From IMG/VR virus record IMGVR_UViG_2974702911_000001, positions 1 through 64,000 of that record: DNA of 64,000 bases, one strand, 5' to 3'. The translations under genes were made by a program, and so were the position numbers. Origin of the DNA: a virus. Its lineage: Duplodnaviria; Caudoviricetes. Positions 46,707 to 56,406 of this stretch are shown here, piece by piece. The first letter of the stretch is position 1. The number at the start of each line of letters is the position of its first letter. Under the pieces are notes generated by a model. It was not told the origin of the DNA, made no database searches, and saw only the letters and a list, made by a program, of their open reading frames with translations.

Positions 46707-47025
46707 GGCGTACTGCCGTCGTGTCCTAAAGGACCGCTCTGGGGGCTTCTGCGAGCGATGCACACGCTGGGGACACCTAACCCTGCATCACCGCAAGAAA
46801 CGCTCTCAGGGCGGTCTCTGGACGCCTGATAACTGCGTGCTCCTGTGCGGCCACGGTACGACCGGCTGTCACGGATGGATTGAGCATCACCCGGACCGCG
46901 CTGAGGCGCAGGGCTGGCATGTGCGTCCTTGGCAGGAACCGTCTGAGGTCCCGGTGCTGTGGCGCGGAAACGAATGGTCACTTTTAACCCCCGAAGGAAC
47001 AATCAATGAGTATCACGTTGGATGA
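46693..47025 (+). CDS. HNH endonuclease
   Basis: CERC...HHRKKRSQGG...NCVLLC...CHGWIEH. Confidence 0.8.
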   Translation: MASGEAYCRRVLKDRSGGFCERCTRWGHLTLHHRKKRSQGGLWTPDNCVLLCGHGTTGCHGWIEHHPDRAEAQGWHVRPWQEPSEVPVLWRGNEWSLLTPEGTINEYHVG

Positions 47026-47467
47026 TGCGCGCGCTGATCTGTCGGACAAGATCGAAGAGGGCACCGACTGCCCTTGCTGCGGTCAGTTCGCCAAGGTCTA
47101 CCGGGTTAAGTTCCCGGCTACTGCGGTCAAGCTGATGATCGAAATGCTTAAGCAGCACCGCCAGGGCGTGCAGTGGGTCCACGCTCCTACCGCTGGTCCT
47201 CCCGGAGGTAACCCGGTTAAGGCGCGGCACTGGGGGCTGATTGAGCCTATGCCGGATGCGGTGCGCGAGGACGGCTCTAAGCGCGTCGGCCTGTGGCGGC
47301 TTACGACGAACGGTTATGCGTTCGTGCGCGGCATGTTGAACGTGCCTAAGTACGCCAACCTGTTCAACAACGAGTGCCTGGGGCTGGACGCGAGCGAGGG
47401 CTACGTGTCTGCCGAAGAGGCGCTTGGTCACAACTTCAACTACCGGGAGCTAATGGCGGGTGTCTGA
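47006..47467 (+). CDS. hypothetical protein (CPCC motif)
   Basis: Coupled ORF in the replication operon. Confidence 0.65.
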   Translation: MSITLDDARADLSDKIEEGTDCPCCGQFAKVYRVKFPATAVKLMIEMLKQHRQGVQWVHAPTAGPPGGNPVKARHWGLIEPMPDAVREDGSKRVGLWRLTTNGYAFVRGMLNVPKYANLFNNECLGLDASEGYVSAEEALGHNFNYRELMAGV

Positions 47468-48140
47468 CTTCGGCAGGATTGACCGGAAGTTCTGGGATCA
47501 TCCCAAAGCTAAGCAAGCCGGTAACGCTGCTCTAGGTCTGTGGGCTAAGGCGAACTCCTGGTGCCGGGATAACCGGTCCGGGGGGTTCGTCCCCCGCGAG
47601 GTCGTGCTAGAGCTTGGCACTCGGGACGAGGCAAACGCGCTCGTCACCGCGCGCCTCTGGAAGAGGGTCGATAAGGACGGCGCGTTTATCGGCGTGCAGT
47701 TCAACGATTACGACCATTGGAACGACGACGTTGAGCCAAACACCGTCGCGGGCGATTTAGTCCGCAGGGTCATTCCGGAATCCCAGCCGCTAAGCATCCG
47801 TAAGCAGTTGGTCAAAAAGACTGCGGAAATGCTGCGGGAGGGGATCGACGCGGAGATTTTGGAGCGCGCACTTAACCTCTGGCTCGCTAAGGAATTCGGG
47901 CCGGGCATTCTGCCCAACCTCGTTAGTGAGGCGCAGAAAGAGGCGCAGCGCGCGGCCACGCTCCGCAACACCATTACCAAGTGCCTTGAGACGGGGCAGG
48001 TCAGTCCGCTTAAGGCTTACGGCTACATCTTTACGCCTCCCGTACCTCCGGACGGTCTGGACGTGCAAGCGCGTCGGGCATGGATGGACGGCGCTAAGCG
48101 GGATTGGCTAAACGAACTGAGAGGACGGGTCGCAGCTTGA
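47460..48140 (+). CDS. replication initiator / helicase loader-like protein
   Basis: FWDHPK...AGNAALGLW...GFVP N-terminus; directly before DnaB. Confidence 0.7.
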   Translation: MSDFGRIDRKFWDHPKAKQAGNAALGLWAKANSWCRDNRSGGFVPREVVLELGTRDEANALVTARLWKRVDKDGAFIGVQFNDYDHWNDDVEPNTVAGDLVRRVIPESQPLSIRKQLVKKTAEMLREGIDAEILERALNLWLAKEFGPGILPNLVSEAQKEAQRAATLRNTITKCLETGQVSPLKAYGYIFTPPVPPDGLDVQARRAWMDGAKRDWLNELRGRVAA

Positions 48141-49402
48141 GCGAAGCTCAGCCACCGCAGGACGCTAACGCTGAACAGTGCGTAATCGGGTCCATTCTCA
48201 TGTCGGCTAAGGCTCTTAACGAGCTTTCGACGATGATTACGGCTGAGGATTTCTACCGGCCTATCCACGGCGAGATTTTCGCTGCTGCGATGGGCCTGCT
48301 GGCTGCCGGTGAGCCGGTGGACGCGATGACGACCGCCAAAGAGCTTGAGTCGCGCGGCCAGCTTCGCAAGGTCGGCGGGGCACCGTACCTGCTGACCTGC
48401 CTTGAGGTCACACCTACGGCGACGAACGCTCGGGCGTACGCGCAAATGGTGCTGGACAAGGCGAAGCTCCGGCGCATGGCTGAGCTTGGTAACAGGCTTA
48501 AGCAACTGGCCTACTCGGAGACGAGTAACAGCGAGGACGTGGCGGCGCTCCTGGGCGAGGGTGAGAAGTTCTTTCGGCAGGAGCATGAGCCGGATGACTC
48601 CGCGCTCAGCATGGGCAAGATGATTGAGTCCTGGGAGCACTGGCAGTCCACGGCTGAGGGCTATATCAAGACTCCGTGGGATGCCGTCAATGAGCGGCTG
48701 AACGGCGGTCTACAGCGTGGGCGGCTCTACACCATTGGTGCTAGGCCGGGCGTCGGTAAAAGTGTCGCAGCGTTGCAGATAGCGGCCAATTCGGCGTTCT
48801 GGGGCTTCCCTGCGGCGTTCTTTACGTTGGAAATGTCGTCGGATGAGGTCACGTCGCGTCTGGTGTCGTCCGGATCAAGCGTGGATTTCGGGAAGATCAT
48901 GCGTAAGAAGATCGACCTTGAGGACCGCGCGAAGATCGACAACTACCTAAAGCTGAACGACACCATGCCGCTACAGGTGGTTGACCGGGCGACGATCACC
49001 ACGGAGCAGATCGTGGCGCATTGCCGGGCGGTCGGGAATCTGGACACGGTTGTTGTGGATTACCTGCAACTGATTAAGGCCAGTGATCCGAAGCTGTCGC
49101 GTGAGCAGCAAGTGGCGCACATGTCGCGGTCGCTAAAGATCGCGGCGCGTGAGCTTAACGTCGCAATGGTCGTGTGTTCGCAGCTAAACCGCGGTCCCCT
49201 TAAGGACGGTAAGACGCGCGCTCCGAATATCGGGGACCTACGCGAGTCGGGCGCGGTCGAACAGGACTCGGACGTGGTTCTGCTTTTGCACCATGACGAG
49301 GACGACCCCGGAATCATTCAAATGATTATCGGCAAGAACCGTAACGGGAGGATGGGCGATCTTGCGCTCAACTTTGAGGGCCACTATCAGCGGATCACAT
49401 GA
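48137..49402 (+). CDS. dnaB: DnaB-like replicative helicase
   Basis: AEQCVIGS, GARPGVGKS, VVDYLQL, SQLNR, LRESGAVEQDSD, IIGKNRNG. Confidence 0.96.
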   Translation: MSEAQPPQDANAEQCVIGSILMSAKALNELSTMITAEDFYRPIHGEIFAAAMGLLAAGEPVDAMTTAKELESRGQLRKVGGAPYLLTCLEVTPTATNARAYAQMVLDKAKLRRMAELGNRLKQLAYSETSNSEDVAALLGEGEKFFRQEHEPDDSALSMGKMIESWEHWQSTAEGYIKTPWDAVNERLNGGLQRGRLYTIGARPGVGKSVAALQIAANSAFWGFPAAFFTLEMSSDEVTSRLVSSGSSVDFGKIMRKKIDLEDRAKIDNYLKLNDTMPLQVVDRATITTEQIVAHCRAVGNLDTVVVDYLQLIKASDPKLSREQQVAHMSRSLKIAARELNVAMVVCSQLNRGPLKDGKTRAPNIGDLRESGAVEQDSDVVLLLHHDEDDPGIIQMIIGKNRNGRMGDLALNFEGHYQRIT

Positions 49403-49668
49403 GTAAAGAGATTGAGGCGCTTATGTCGCCTAAGCCTCTGCATTGGACCGAAGAGGCGCTTTGTCATGATGACCGGCGCTTTACCGGGCGCTATGAGGAC
49501 ATGGGTCCGCAGGACTGGACTGAAATGGCCGCTAAGTGTTTCGACTGCCCGGTGATAAAGCAGTGCGCGGACTGGGCTTACCGCGAGCAAGTAACCGATG
49601 TGTTCGCAGCGGGGTATTGGAGGAACCTAAATGAGCAGGGGAAAAGCGCCGGAGACGGCGGCGACTGA
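49399..49668 (+). CDS. divergent WhiB-like protein
   Basis: WTEEALC...AKCFDCPVIKQC. Confidence 0.6.
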   Translation: MSKEIEALMSPKPLHWTEEALCHDDRRFTGRYEDMGPQDWTEMAAKCFDCPVIKQCADWAYREQVTDVFAAGYWRNLNEQGKSAGDGGD

Positions 49669-50103
49669 ATCACAGGCTAAAGCGTGGCGCTTGCAGAAGT
49701 TCACTCCGGTCACTGGAAAGAACCGGCTGCTCCTGTCATATGAGGGCGGCGACGAGCTTCTGACTGAGAAGGGTGTCAACGCGGCGCTAACCAGGCTTAG
49801 CGAACAGCTAAGGGGCGTGAAGTGACCGCTTACTTCAATGTGCTGCGGGCGGCTGCTGGTGAGAACCCTTGGGGTCACGGCTGCGCGGGCTGCGGCCAAT
49901 CCACGTACGGCCAGCGGCACGGCGCTTGCGAGCGCTGCGAGGGCGGCTACGACGACGAAGAGGACTACCCGCGTGACTGAGCCGGATGACGACTACGAGA
50001 ACCCGGTAGGGGAAGTGCTGGACGAGGACACGGTTAGGGACCTGGCCTCCGCTCACTTCACCTACTCCATTGCCGGTTTGTTGGGAATCAAGTTAGGGAG
50101 TCC

Positions 50104-50964
50104 GTGGTGGCCGTTTACCTGAGGGCTTACACGCCTGAGCTTGGCACTATTCGCAACGTCGCTGAGAAGTTCCAGTTTCCCGGTGGTGAGGTAGACCTTA
50201 AGCACGTTCACCCGTTCTACAGCGGCATGGACGTTACGTGGGTCGCGGACGTACGCGGTGCGGCGCTTGACGACCTCATGGCGGCGCTTCTGCTGGCTGA
50301 CCACGCCTTTGAGCGTGACGACAAGTTCGTGCTAATGCTGCCTTACCTCCCGGCCGCTCGGGCCGATAAGGGGTCCCCACTAGGCGCTCGCGCTTATGCC
50401 GACATGCTCAACTATCGGCGGGGGACGTTCGGTAAGCAGGTCATCACCATTGACCCGCATTCTGAGGCCGGGGCGGGGCATTACAACTCGCTTACGGTGC
50501 TTGATTCGCTGCCGCTGCTGGACCGGGCTTTGGAGAGCCAGGGGCATTGGCGTTACGACGGGATCATTTCGCCAGATAAGGGCGCGATTGATCGGGCAAG
50601 CAGGGTCGCGCAGCATTACGGGCTGGACCTGTACGTGGGCGATAAGAAGCGGGATCAAGCCACCGGCAAGATTCTTAGCTACGACCTAAGTATTCCTAAG
50701 CTCGGCAAGTATCTCGTCGTTGACGATATTTGCGACGGCGGGTGGACCTTCACGGAGCTTGCGCGCGCGAGCGGCGTTTATCAGCCGCAGTTGGATTTGT
50801 GGGTGACGCACGGAATCTTTTCCGGTAACGCGCATCACCTTAAGCGGTATTACCGGCGCATTCTCACGACCGACTCGCACCCCGGCCATAACCGGGTGGG
50901 TGTCGCTACGACGATTGTGCCGACTTTCACTTACATGCATGAGGCAATGGTTAAGGGGCTTTAG
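50104..50964 (+). CDS. ribose-phosphate pyrophosphokinase-like enzyme (Adps-like)
   Basis: FPGGE, PYLPAARADK, DPHS, SPDKGA, VVDDICDGGWTF PRT motif, THGIFS. Confidence 0.9.
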   Translation: MVAVYLRAYTPELGTIRNVAEKFQFPGGEVDLKHVHPFYSGMDVTWVADVRGAALDDLMAALLLADHAFERDDKFVLMLPYLPAARADKGSPLGARAYADMLNYRRGTFGKQVITIDPHSEAGAGHYNSLTVLDSLPLLDRALESQGHWRYDGIISPDKGAIDRASRVAQHYGLDLYVGDKKRDQATGKILSYDLSIPKLGKYLVVDDICDGGWTFTELARASGVYQPQLDLWVTHGIFSGNAHHLKRYYRRILTTDSHPGHNRVGVATTIVPTFTYMHEAMVKGL

Positions 50965-52439
50965 TGAGCACGAAATTCGCGCCGGTTGCGGCGCTGTTCC
51001 AGACGGACGCATACAAGCTGGGGCACATTCAGCAGTACGCGCTTAGCGGGAACGTGACTAACGTCTATTCCAACTGGACTAACCGGAAGTCGCGCCTGCC
51101 GGGCGTCGATAAGGTCGTTCACTTCGGGTTGCAGGCTTATATCGCTAAGCACCTGATGGAAGCGTTTGAGCCGTTCTTTGACGCTGATGAGGACACGGTT
51201 GCCGCGCTGTACGAGGAACGCGTTACGCAGATTCTCGGGCCTAACACGATTGGCTCTGGTCATATCCGCAAGCTGCACCAGAAGGGCTACCTTCCGCTGC
51301 GGTTCTGCGCGGTGCCGGAGGGGACGATGGTTCCTATCGGCGTGCCCAGCTTCACCGTGGAGAACACGGACCCGGAGTTCTACTGGCTGACCAACTATGT
51401 GGAGACGGGCATTAGCGCGGGTGTGTGGCAGGCCAGCACTAGCGCGACCATCGCTAAGGAATACCGGCGCGTGATGATGGACGCGGCGCGGCTTACCGGT
51501 GCGGACACGGTTGGCGTTGACTGGCAGATTCACGACTTCTCTTACCGGGGCATGTCCTCGCATGAGAGTGCGGCTGTGTCGGGCGCGGCTCACCTGTTGA
51601 GCTTCACCGGGACGGACTCGCTGGTGGCGCTTGATTGGATCGACCGCTACTACGGCGGCGAGTACATCGCCGGTTCGGTCCCCGCCACGGAGCATTCGGT
51701 GATGTGTACCGGCATTGAGACGGTGGGCGAGCTTGAGACGTTCCAGCGGCTCTTGGCGCTGTACCCGGAGGGGATCGTTAGCGTCGTTAGCGACACCTTC
51801 GACCTGTGGCGGGTGCTGTGGGAGTACCTGCCTGCGTTGCAGAAGCAGATTCTCGCGCGCAACGGCAAGCTGGTGATCCGGCCCGACTCGGGCGATCCGG
51901 AAAAGATCATCTGCGGTGATCCTGACGCGCCAGTTGGCTCTAAAGAGTGGTACGGCGTGCTGGGCGCTCTCTACGAGCACTTCGGCGGCAAGCAGAACGC
52001 GGCGGGCTTCATTGAGATTGATTCGCACGTAGGCGTCATTTACGGCGACTCCATCACTCTTGAGCGCGCTAAGAGCATCACTGACCGGATGGCGAAGCTC
52101 GGCTATGCCTCTTCCAATGTGGTGTTCGGCGTGGGCAGCTTCACCTACCAGCACAACACGCGCGACACGTTCGGGTCCGCGATGAAAGCGACGTGGGTCA
52201 AGGTCGGCGGTAACACGTACGACCTGCTTAAGGACCCGGTTACGGACGACGGCACTAAGAAGTCTGCGACCGGGCGTCTGGCGGTGCTGCGCGATCTGCA
52301 CGGCGAGCTTGTCTTGCTGCAAAAGGCCGACTGGATGGACGAATACTCGTCGGAGCTTCGTCCGGTTTGGGAGAACGGAAAGTTCCTCACCCACCAGTCA
52401 TTCGCCAACGTCAGAGGCGTGCTCGGGCTGTACTCGTAA
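50964..52439 (+). CDS. nicotinamide phosphoribosyltransferase-like enzyme (Nampt/Namat-like)
   Basis: TDAYKLGH, HDFSYRG, PATEHS, VSDTFD, IRPDSGDP, YGDSIT, FGSAMKAT, KKSATG. Confidence 0.95.
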   Translation: MSTKFAPVAALFQTDAYKLGHIQQYALSGNVTNVYSNWTNRKSRLPGVDKVVHFGLQAYIAKHLMEAFEPFFDADEDTVAALYEERVTQILGPNTIGSGHIRKLHQKGYLPLRFCAVPEGTMVPIGVPSFTVENTDPEFYWLTNYVETGISAGVWQASTSATIAKEYRRVMMDAARLTGADTVGVDWQIHDFSYRGMSSHESAAVSGAAHLLSFTGTDSLVALDWIDRYYGGEYIAGSVPATEHSVMCTGIETVGELETFQRLLALYPEGIVSVVSDTFDLWRVLWEYLPALQKQILARNGKLVIRPDSGDPEKIICGDPDAPVGSKEWYGVLGALYEHFGGKQNAAGFIEIDSHVGVIYGDSITLERAKSITDRMAKLGYASSNVVFGVGSFTYQHNTRDTFGSAMKATWVKVGGNTYDLLKDPVTDDGTKKSATGRLAVLRDLHGELVLLQKADWMDEYSSELRPVWENGKFLTHQSFANVRGVLGLYS

Positions 52440-52446
52440 ATTCCAG

Positions 52447-52464
52447 TGTCCGACTTTCCGGACA
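52447..52464. promoter_or_regulatory. remote operator-like site
   Basis: TGTCCGACTTTCCGGACA (2 mismatches to the 34512 palindrome), plus a half-site at 52475. Confidence 0.65.
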
Positions 52465-52524
52465 GATTCGCGTCTGTCCGGACTGTCGGTGCTTGACTAA
52501 TTGCAGACGAGAAAGGGGGTCAGA

Positions 52525-53484
52525 ATGGCTCTGACTCTTACCGCGATGCGGGGATACCCCGGCTCGGGTAAAAGCACCAAGGCGCGGGAGATTGCGGACG
52601 CTACCGGCGCTGTCGTGGTGTGCAGGGACGACCTGCGGAAGATGCTGCACGGCGTGTACTTCAACACCGGGGATAACCACCCTAAGACGCCTAAGGAATT
52701 TGAGGATCAGGTAACCATCGCGGAGCGTGCGGCGGTTCAGGCTTACCTCAAAGAAGGCGTGTCGGTTGTCGTGGACGCTACGCATTTGGAGCCGTCTTAC
52801 CTCCGTAAGTGGGCGAAGATGAGCGCGCAGTACGGCGCTGAGTTTGTCCGGGTCGATGTGCCTACTCCGGCATGGGAGTGCATTCGGCGGGACGCGGAGT
52901 ACCGCTCGGGGACGCCTAAGTATGTCGGGCCGGAAGTGATTACCCGCATGGCTAAGCGTCACCCGATTAAGAACTGGCCGAATATCCAAGCGCCTCCGAC
53001 GTTCAACCCTGAGCCGGTTGAATGGCAAATGGGCCTGCCTGCGGCAATCATTGTCGATATCGACGGGACGCTGGCTCACATGGCGGGCCGGAGTCCTTAC
53101 GACTACACACAGGTCCACACCGACACGGTTGACGAGCAAGTTCGGTGGCTAGTGAACACGATTCACCAGCAGTCGAGTTTCTTTAACGAACCGAGTCCAA
53201 AGGTGCTGATTGTGTCCGGTCGGGACGACACCTGCCGGGAGGCTACGGAGAAGTGGCTGGCTGAGCACGGCATCCGCTACGACGCCTTACATATGCGGCC
53301 TACTGGCTCTGTGGACAACCACGGAAACAAGCTGCCGGATTACATGGTCAAGTCGGCCCTGTTCGATAAGCACATTCGCGGCAAGTACAACGTCCGTTTT
53401 GTGCTGGACGACCGTAATCAGGTCGTGGACCTGTGGCGCTCGCTCGGGCTTAAGTGCCTGCAAGTTCAACCGGGAGATTTCTAA
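52525..53484 (+). CDS. pnk: polynucleotide kinase-phosphatase (T4 Pnk-like)
   Basis: P-loop GYPGSGKST, RDDLR; HAD DIDGTLA, SGR, DDR. Confidence 0.93.
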   Translation: MALTLTAMRGYPGSGKSTKAREIADATGAVVVCRDDLRKMLHGVYFNTGDNHPKTPKEFEDQVTIAERAAVQAYLKEGVSVVVDATHLEPSYLRKWAKMSAQYGAEFVRVDVPTPAWECIRRDAEYRSGTPKYVGPEVITRMAKRHPIKNWPNIQAPPTFNPEPVEWQMGLPAAIIVDIDGTLAHMAGRSPYDYTQVHTDTVDEQVRWLVNTIHQQSSFFNEPSPKVLIVSGRDDTCREATEKWLAEHGIRYDALHMRPTGSVDNHGNKLPDYMVKSALFDKHIRGKYNVRFVLDDRNQVVDLWRSLGLKCLQVQPGDF

Positions 53485-53666
53485 TGCCGACGATAAGCAT
53501 TACCCCCAACGGGGTGCAGTTCCCGATTCCGGATTGTGACGCTGAGGTCTTTTATGACCCTAAGACGCGCACTCTCCTGATTGAGGGGCTGACAGACGAG
53601 GACCGCATTACCACGCGTTCCGACAGTAGGGACGGCTCACAGGCGGTCTTTATCCGGATCGCGTAA
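53484..53666 (+). CDS. hypothetical protein
   Basis: TAATG-coupled ORF. Confidence 0.5.
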   Translation: MPTISITPNGVQFPIPDCDAEVFYDPKTRTLLIEGLTDEDRITTRSDSRDGSQAVFIRIA

Positions 53667-54059
53667 GTGGAGCACCGGCTAACAGTGCCTTTCAAACGGC
53701 CACCCATGACCGCTAATGATCAGCGGCGCGCACACTGGGCCGTAGTTGCTAAGGCCAAGAAAGAAGTCGGAGACGTAGTTGAGTGGCAGGCGCGGCGGGC
53801 GGGGATTAAGGACTTAGGTCCGTCCGTCGTGTCGGTCCTCTGGTACACGCCCACTAAGCGTGCCACCGACTCCGATTCGCTCGGGCCGTTCGTTAAGGGT
53901 GCTCTGGACGGCTTAGTAAGGGCCGGGGTCTGGCCCGACGACAACTCGCGTTACGTCAAACAGACCTGCATGGCAGTTAGTGACGGGGATACGAAAAACC
54001 CACGCATCGAGATAAGGATTAGAGAAGTTGGCGACACAGGAATTGAAGTGGTGGCATGA
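53667..54059 (+). CDS. rusA: RusA-like Holliday junction resolvase
   Basis: DSDSL...KGALDGL...PDDN...PRIEI. Confidence 0.85.
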   Translation: MEHRLTVPFKRPPMTANDQRRAHWAVVAKAKKEVGDVVEWQARRAGIKDLGPSVVSVLWYTPTKRATDSDSLGPFVKGALDGLVRAGVWPDDNSRYVKQTCMAVSDGDTKNPRIEIRIREVGDTGIEVVA

Positions 54060-54342
54060 GGCTGAATGCCAGTACGTCGGGCTTGAGATTTTCTACAACG
54101 AGGGCAGGGGTAACGGAAAGAACGTCTTTTCCGACGCCCGCAAAATCTGCTCGGTGTGCCCGGTCGTTAAGGAATGCCTTGAGGACGCCATGCGGGAGGA
54201 ACGCGGGCTGAGCCGCGATAGGCGATTCGGTTTTCGTGGCGGCTTAACCGCTAACGGGCGATACAACCTCGCTAAAGAGCGCGGCGAAGCCTCGCTTCGG
54301 GACCTGCGGGACAACGACGACTTGATTGGGGAGGCGGCGTGA
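54028..54342 (+). CDS. WhiB-family transcription factor
   Basis: AEC...ARKICSVCPVVKEC...GFRGGLT. Confidence 0.88.
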   Translation: MATQELKWWHEAECQYVGLEIFYNEGRGNGKNVFSDARKICSVCPVVKECLEDAMREERGLSRDRRFGFRGGLTANGRYNLAKERGEASLRDLRDNDDLIGEAA

Positions 54343-54659
54343 CCGTACAGGCTCTACACCTGTCCGGTGTACGGACCCGGCAGATTCCGGAGATGGACAT
54401 TCCGGCCCTCCCAGGAGCGCTCTGCAAGGGTCATGACGACCCGGACCTATGGCACCCCGGCCCAGGCGCGGGAGGCCGTAACAGGCGCGATCAGGCCATC
54501 GCAATCTGCAAGCAGTGCCCGGTACAGGCCGCGTGTCTGGAATACGCACTGGACTGGGACCGGGACCACACCTACCTAGACCGCGTGCAGGGCGTCTGGG
54601 GCGGTGTCGCTGAGCCTGACCGCAGGAAAATGCTTAAGGAGAATAAGGGTGCTGCTTAG
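54339..54659 (+). CDS. WhiB-family transcription factor
   Basis: ALC...AIAICKQCPVQAAC...GVWGG. Confidence 0.9.
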   Translation: MTVQALHLSGVRTRQIPEMDIPALPGALCKGHDDPDLWHPGPGAGGRNRRDQAIAICKQCPVQAACLEYALDWDRDHTYLDRVQGVWGGVAEPDRRKMLKENKGAA

Positions 54660-54892
54660 CACAAAGATCAAGCTGGACTGCGGAGTTCTGGACTACTCCT
54701 ACAACCCGGTGCGGGACAACCATTGCGTGAAGTTCCAAGCGGGCTGCACGCGCGGCATGTTCGTCAAGATCGTTCAGCTTCCCGGCGAGGCGATCAACCT
54801 TATCGCTAAGTACCGTGAGGACCCGACTGGCGGCGACGACGTTAAGGCGCTGATCAGTTGGCTCGCCAGCCAGGCCAAGTTGCCGCGCCAAT

Positions 54893-55459
54893 ATGGCGGC
54901 TGAGCCACGGTGCCGGTCTGGTAAGCGGTGCGTTAGCCGTACGGGGGATGGACCGGCGCTGGTCGCGCTCCGTCCCCTGTGCGACGGCTGCGTTAAGGAC
55001 ATTCAGAAGTGCCTTGACGAACTGCCCGGCTACATAGGGATGCTTGAGCTTTACAAGGGCTACACGCCCGGCTCGGTCGGGCAGTCCAAGGTTAGCAACG
55101 GCTCTACGGAGCCTAGAGCGCCGCTGAACATGACGGTCATTGATCTGATCGGCCAGGCGTACGCGGTGATCCGTCGCGTGGACGGCTATCTGGTGCGGGA
55201 CCTAATCACGCTTAGCGGCGGCTTAGAGATCGCGTTGGATATCCGCGATGTGCATTCCAAGGCTGACGGGATTATCGGCCTGCAAAGGGTGTGGGAGCGG
55301 CGGCGTGTCCCTTGCCCGGATTGCAACCTAGCCACTCTCGGGGGATGGCTGGGGGAGGACCGCATTTACTGCACTAACAGTGAGTGCATGTCCGTTTTTA
55401 CTAAAGCGCAGTACGAAGAGTATTGCTTAGCGAAATCGAAAGAGAGAAAGCGTGGCTAA
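54893..55459 (+). CDS. Zn-finger-containing hypothetical protein
   Basis: CRSGKRC, LCDGC, CPDC, CTNSEC. Confidence 0.6.
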   Translation: MAAEPRCRSGKRCVSRTGDGPALVALRPLCDGCVKDIQKCLDELPGYIGMLELYKGYTPGSVGQSKVSNGSTEPRAPLNMTVIDLIGQAYAVIRRVDGYLVRDLITLSGGLEIALDIRDVHSKADGIIGLQRVWERRRVPCPDCNLATLGGWLGEDRIYCTNSECMSVFTKAQYEEYCLAKSKERKRG

Positions 55460-55835
55460 CGCAGCGATTCAGATTCAGGGCAACCTCACCGCTGATCCGG
55501 AACTGAGGTTCTTGGACTCTGGCGTGGCGGTCGCTCAGTTCTCGGTGGCGTCTACTCCCCGCAAGTTCAACAAGCAGACGAACGAGTGGGAGGACGGCGA
55601 AACCGTGTTCCTCCGTACGTCGGTGTGGCGCGAGCTTGCAGAGGGCGCGGCTGAGAACCTGCGTAAGGGTGACAACGTTGTCGTGATCGGCAACCTTAAG
55701 CAGCGCGCCTACGAGAAGGACGGCCAGACTCGGACCGTCTTTGAGATTGACGGCGAGTTCGTCGGCAAGAGCGTGCGTGCGCGTAAGAGTGGTGGCGGCT
55801 CTAAGGCTGCCGCTAACGACGGTCCCGGCTGGTAA
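55452..55835 (+). CDS. ssb: single-stranded DNA-binding protein
   Basis: GNLTADPELRF, WEDGETVFL, LRKG..V.V.G.LKQR. Confidence 0.95.
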   Translation: MANAAIQIQGNLTADPELRFLDSGVAVAQFSVASTPRKFNKQTNEWEDGETVFLRTSVWRELAEGAAENLRKGDNVVVIGNLKQRAYEKDGQTRTVFEIDGEFVGKSVRARKSGGGSKAAANDGPGW

Positions 55836-55858
55836 CAGCCACCGTCCACGAAACTCTT

Positions 55859-56077
55859 ATGTCTCACGAAAAGACTTCCGAAGTAGTTCGGAAAATCCAT
55901 AAGGCTGCGCGCGTCCGGGGGATGGACCTAACCATCCTCCGGCGCGGCGGCAATCACACCATTTACGACTTAGACGGTCACATGGTCACTATCCCTAACG
56001 GCTCTAAGGTCACGCGGGTTGAGGCCACTTACCGGCAATTGCAGCCGAAACTAGGAAAGGGCTGGTGGCGGCAATGA
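55859..56077 (+). CDS. HicA-like (dsRBD-fold) protein
   Basis: RRGGNHTIY...VTIP...LGKGWW pattern. Confidence 0.65.
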   Translation: MSHEKTSEVVRKIHKAARVRGMDLTILRRGGNHTIYDLDGHMVTIPNGSKVTRVEATYRQLQPKLGKGWWRQ

Positions 56078-56406
56078 CTGTTTATCGCAATCGCCAGGGG
56101 AGCGGGTTGTTCATCGTCTTTAAGTACGTAGACGGTGAGCTTGATACCGGCAGCTATACCGGCAGCTATGCGCGTAAGCCACCGGCCCGCACATACAACA
56201 TGCCCGGCCAAGCTAAGGCGCAGTGGAACCGGTTCATTAAGGACGGTTACGACGCGCGCGCGGCTGAAATCGGCTTTGACGAGAGCGGCCAGCCATTCAT
56301 CCGCTTCATTGACGAAGAGTGGACGCCCACCGTCGAGCTTTGCAAGTACAGCAAGTACGGCAAGACCTGCAAGTTAAAGAAAGATCACGAAGGGATTCAC
56401 CAGTGA
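56074..56406 (+). CDS. hypothetical protein
   Basis: Coupled ORF; C-terminal C..C.L...H.G.H. Confidence 0.55.
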   Translation: MTVYRNRQGSGLFIVFKYVDGELDTGSYTGSYARKPPARTYNMPGQAKAQWNRFIKDGYDARAAEIGFDESGQPFIRFIDEEWTPTVELCKYSKYGKTCKLKKDHEGIHQ

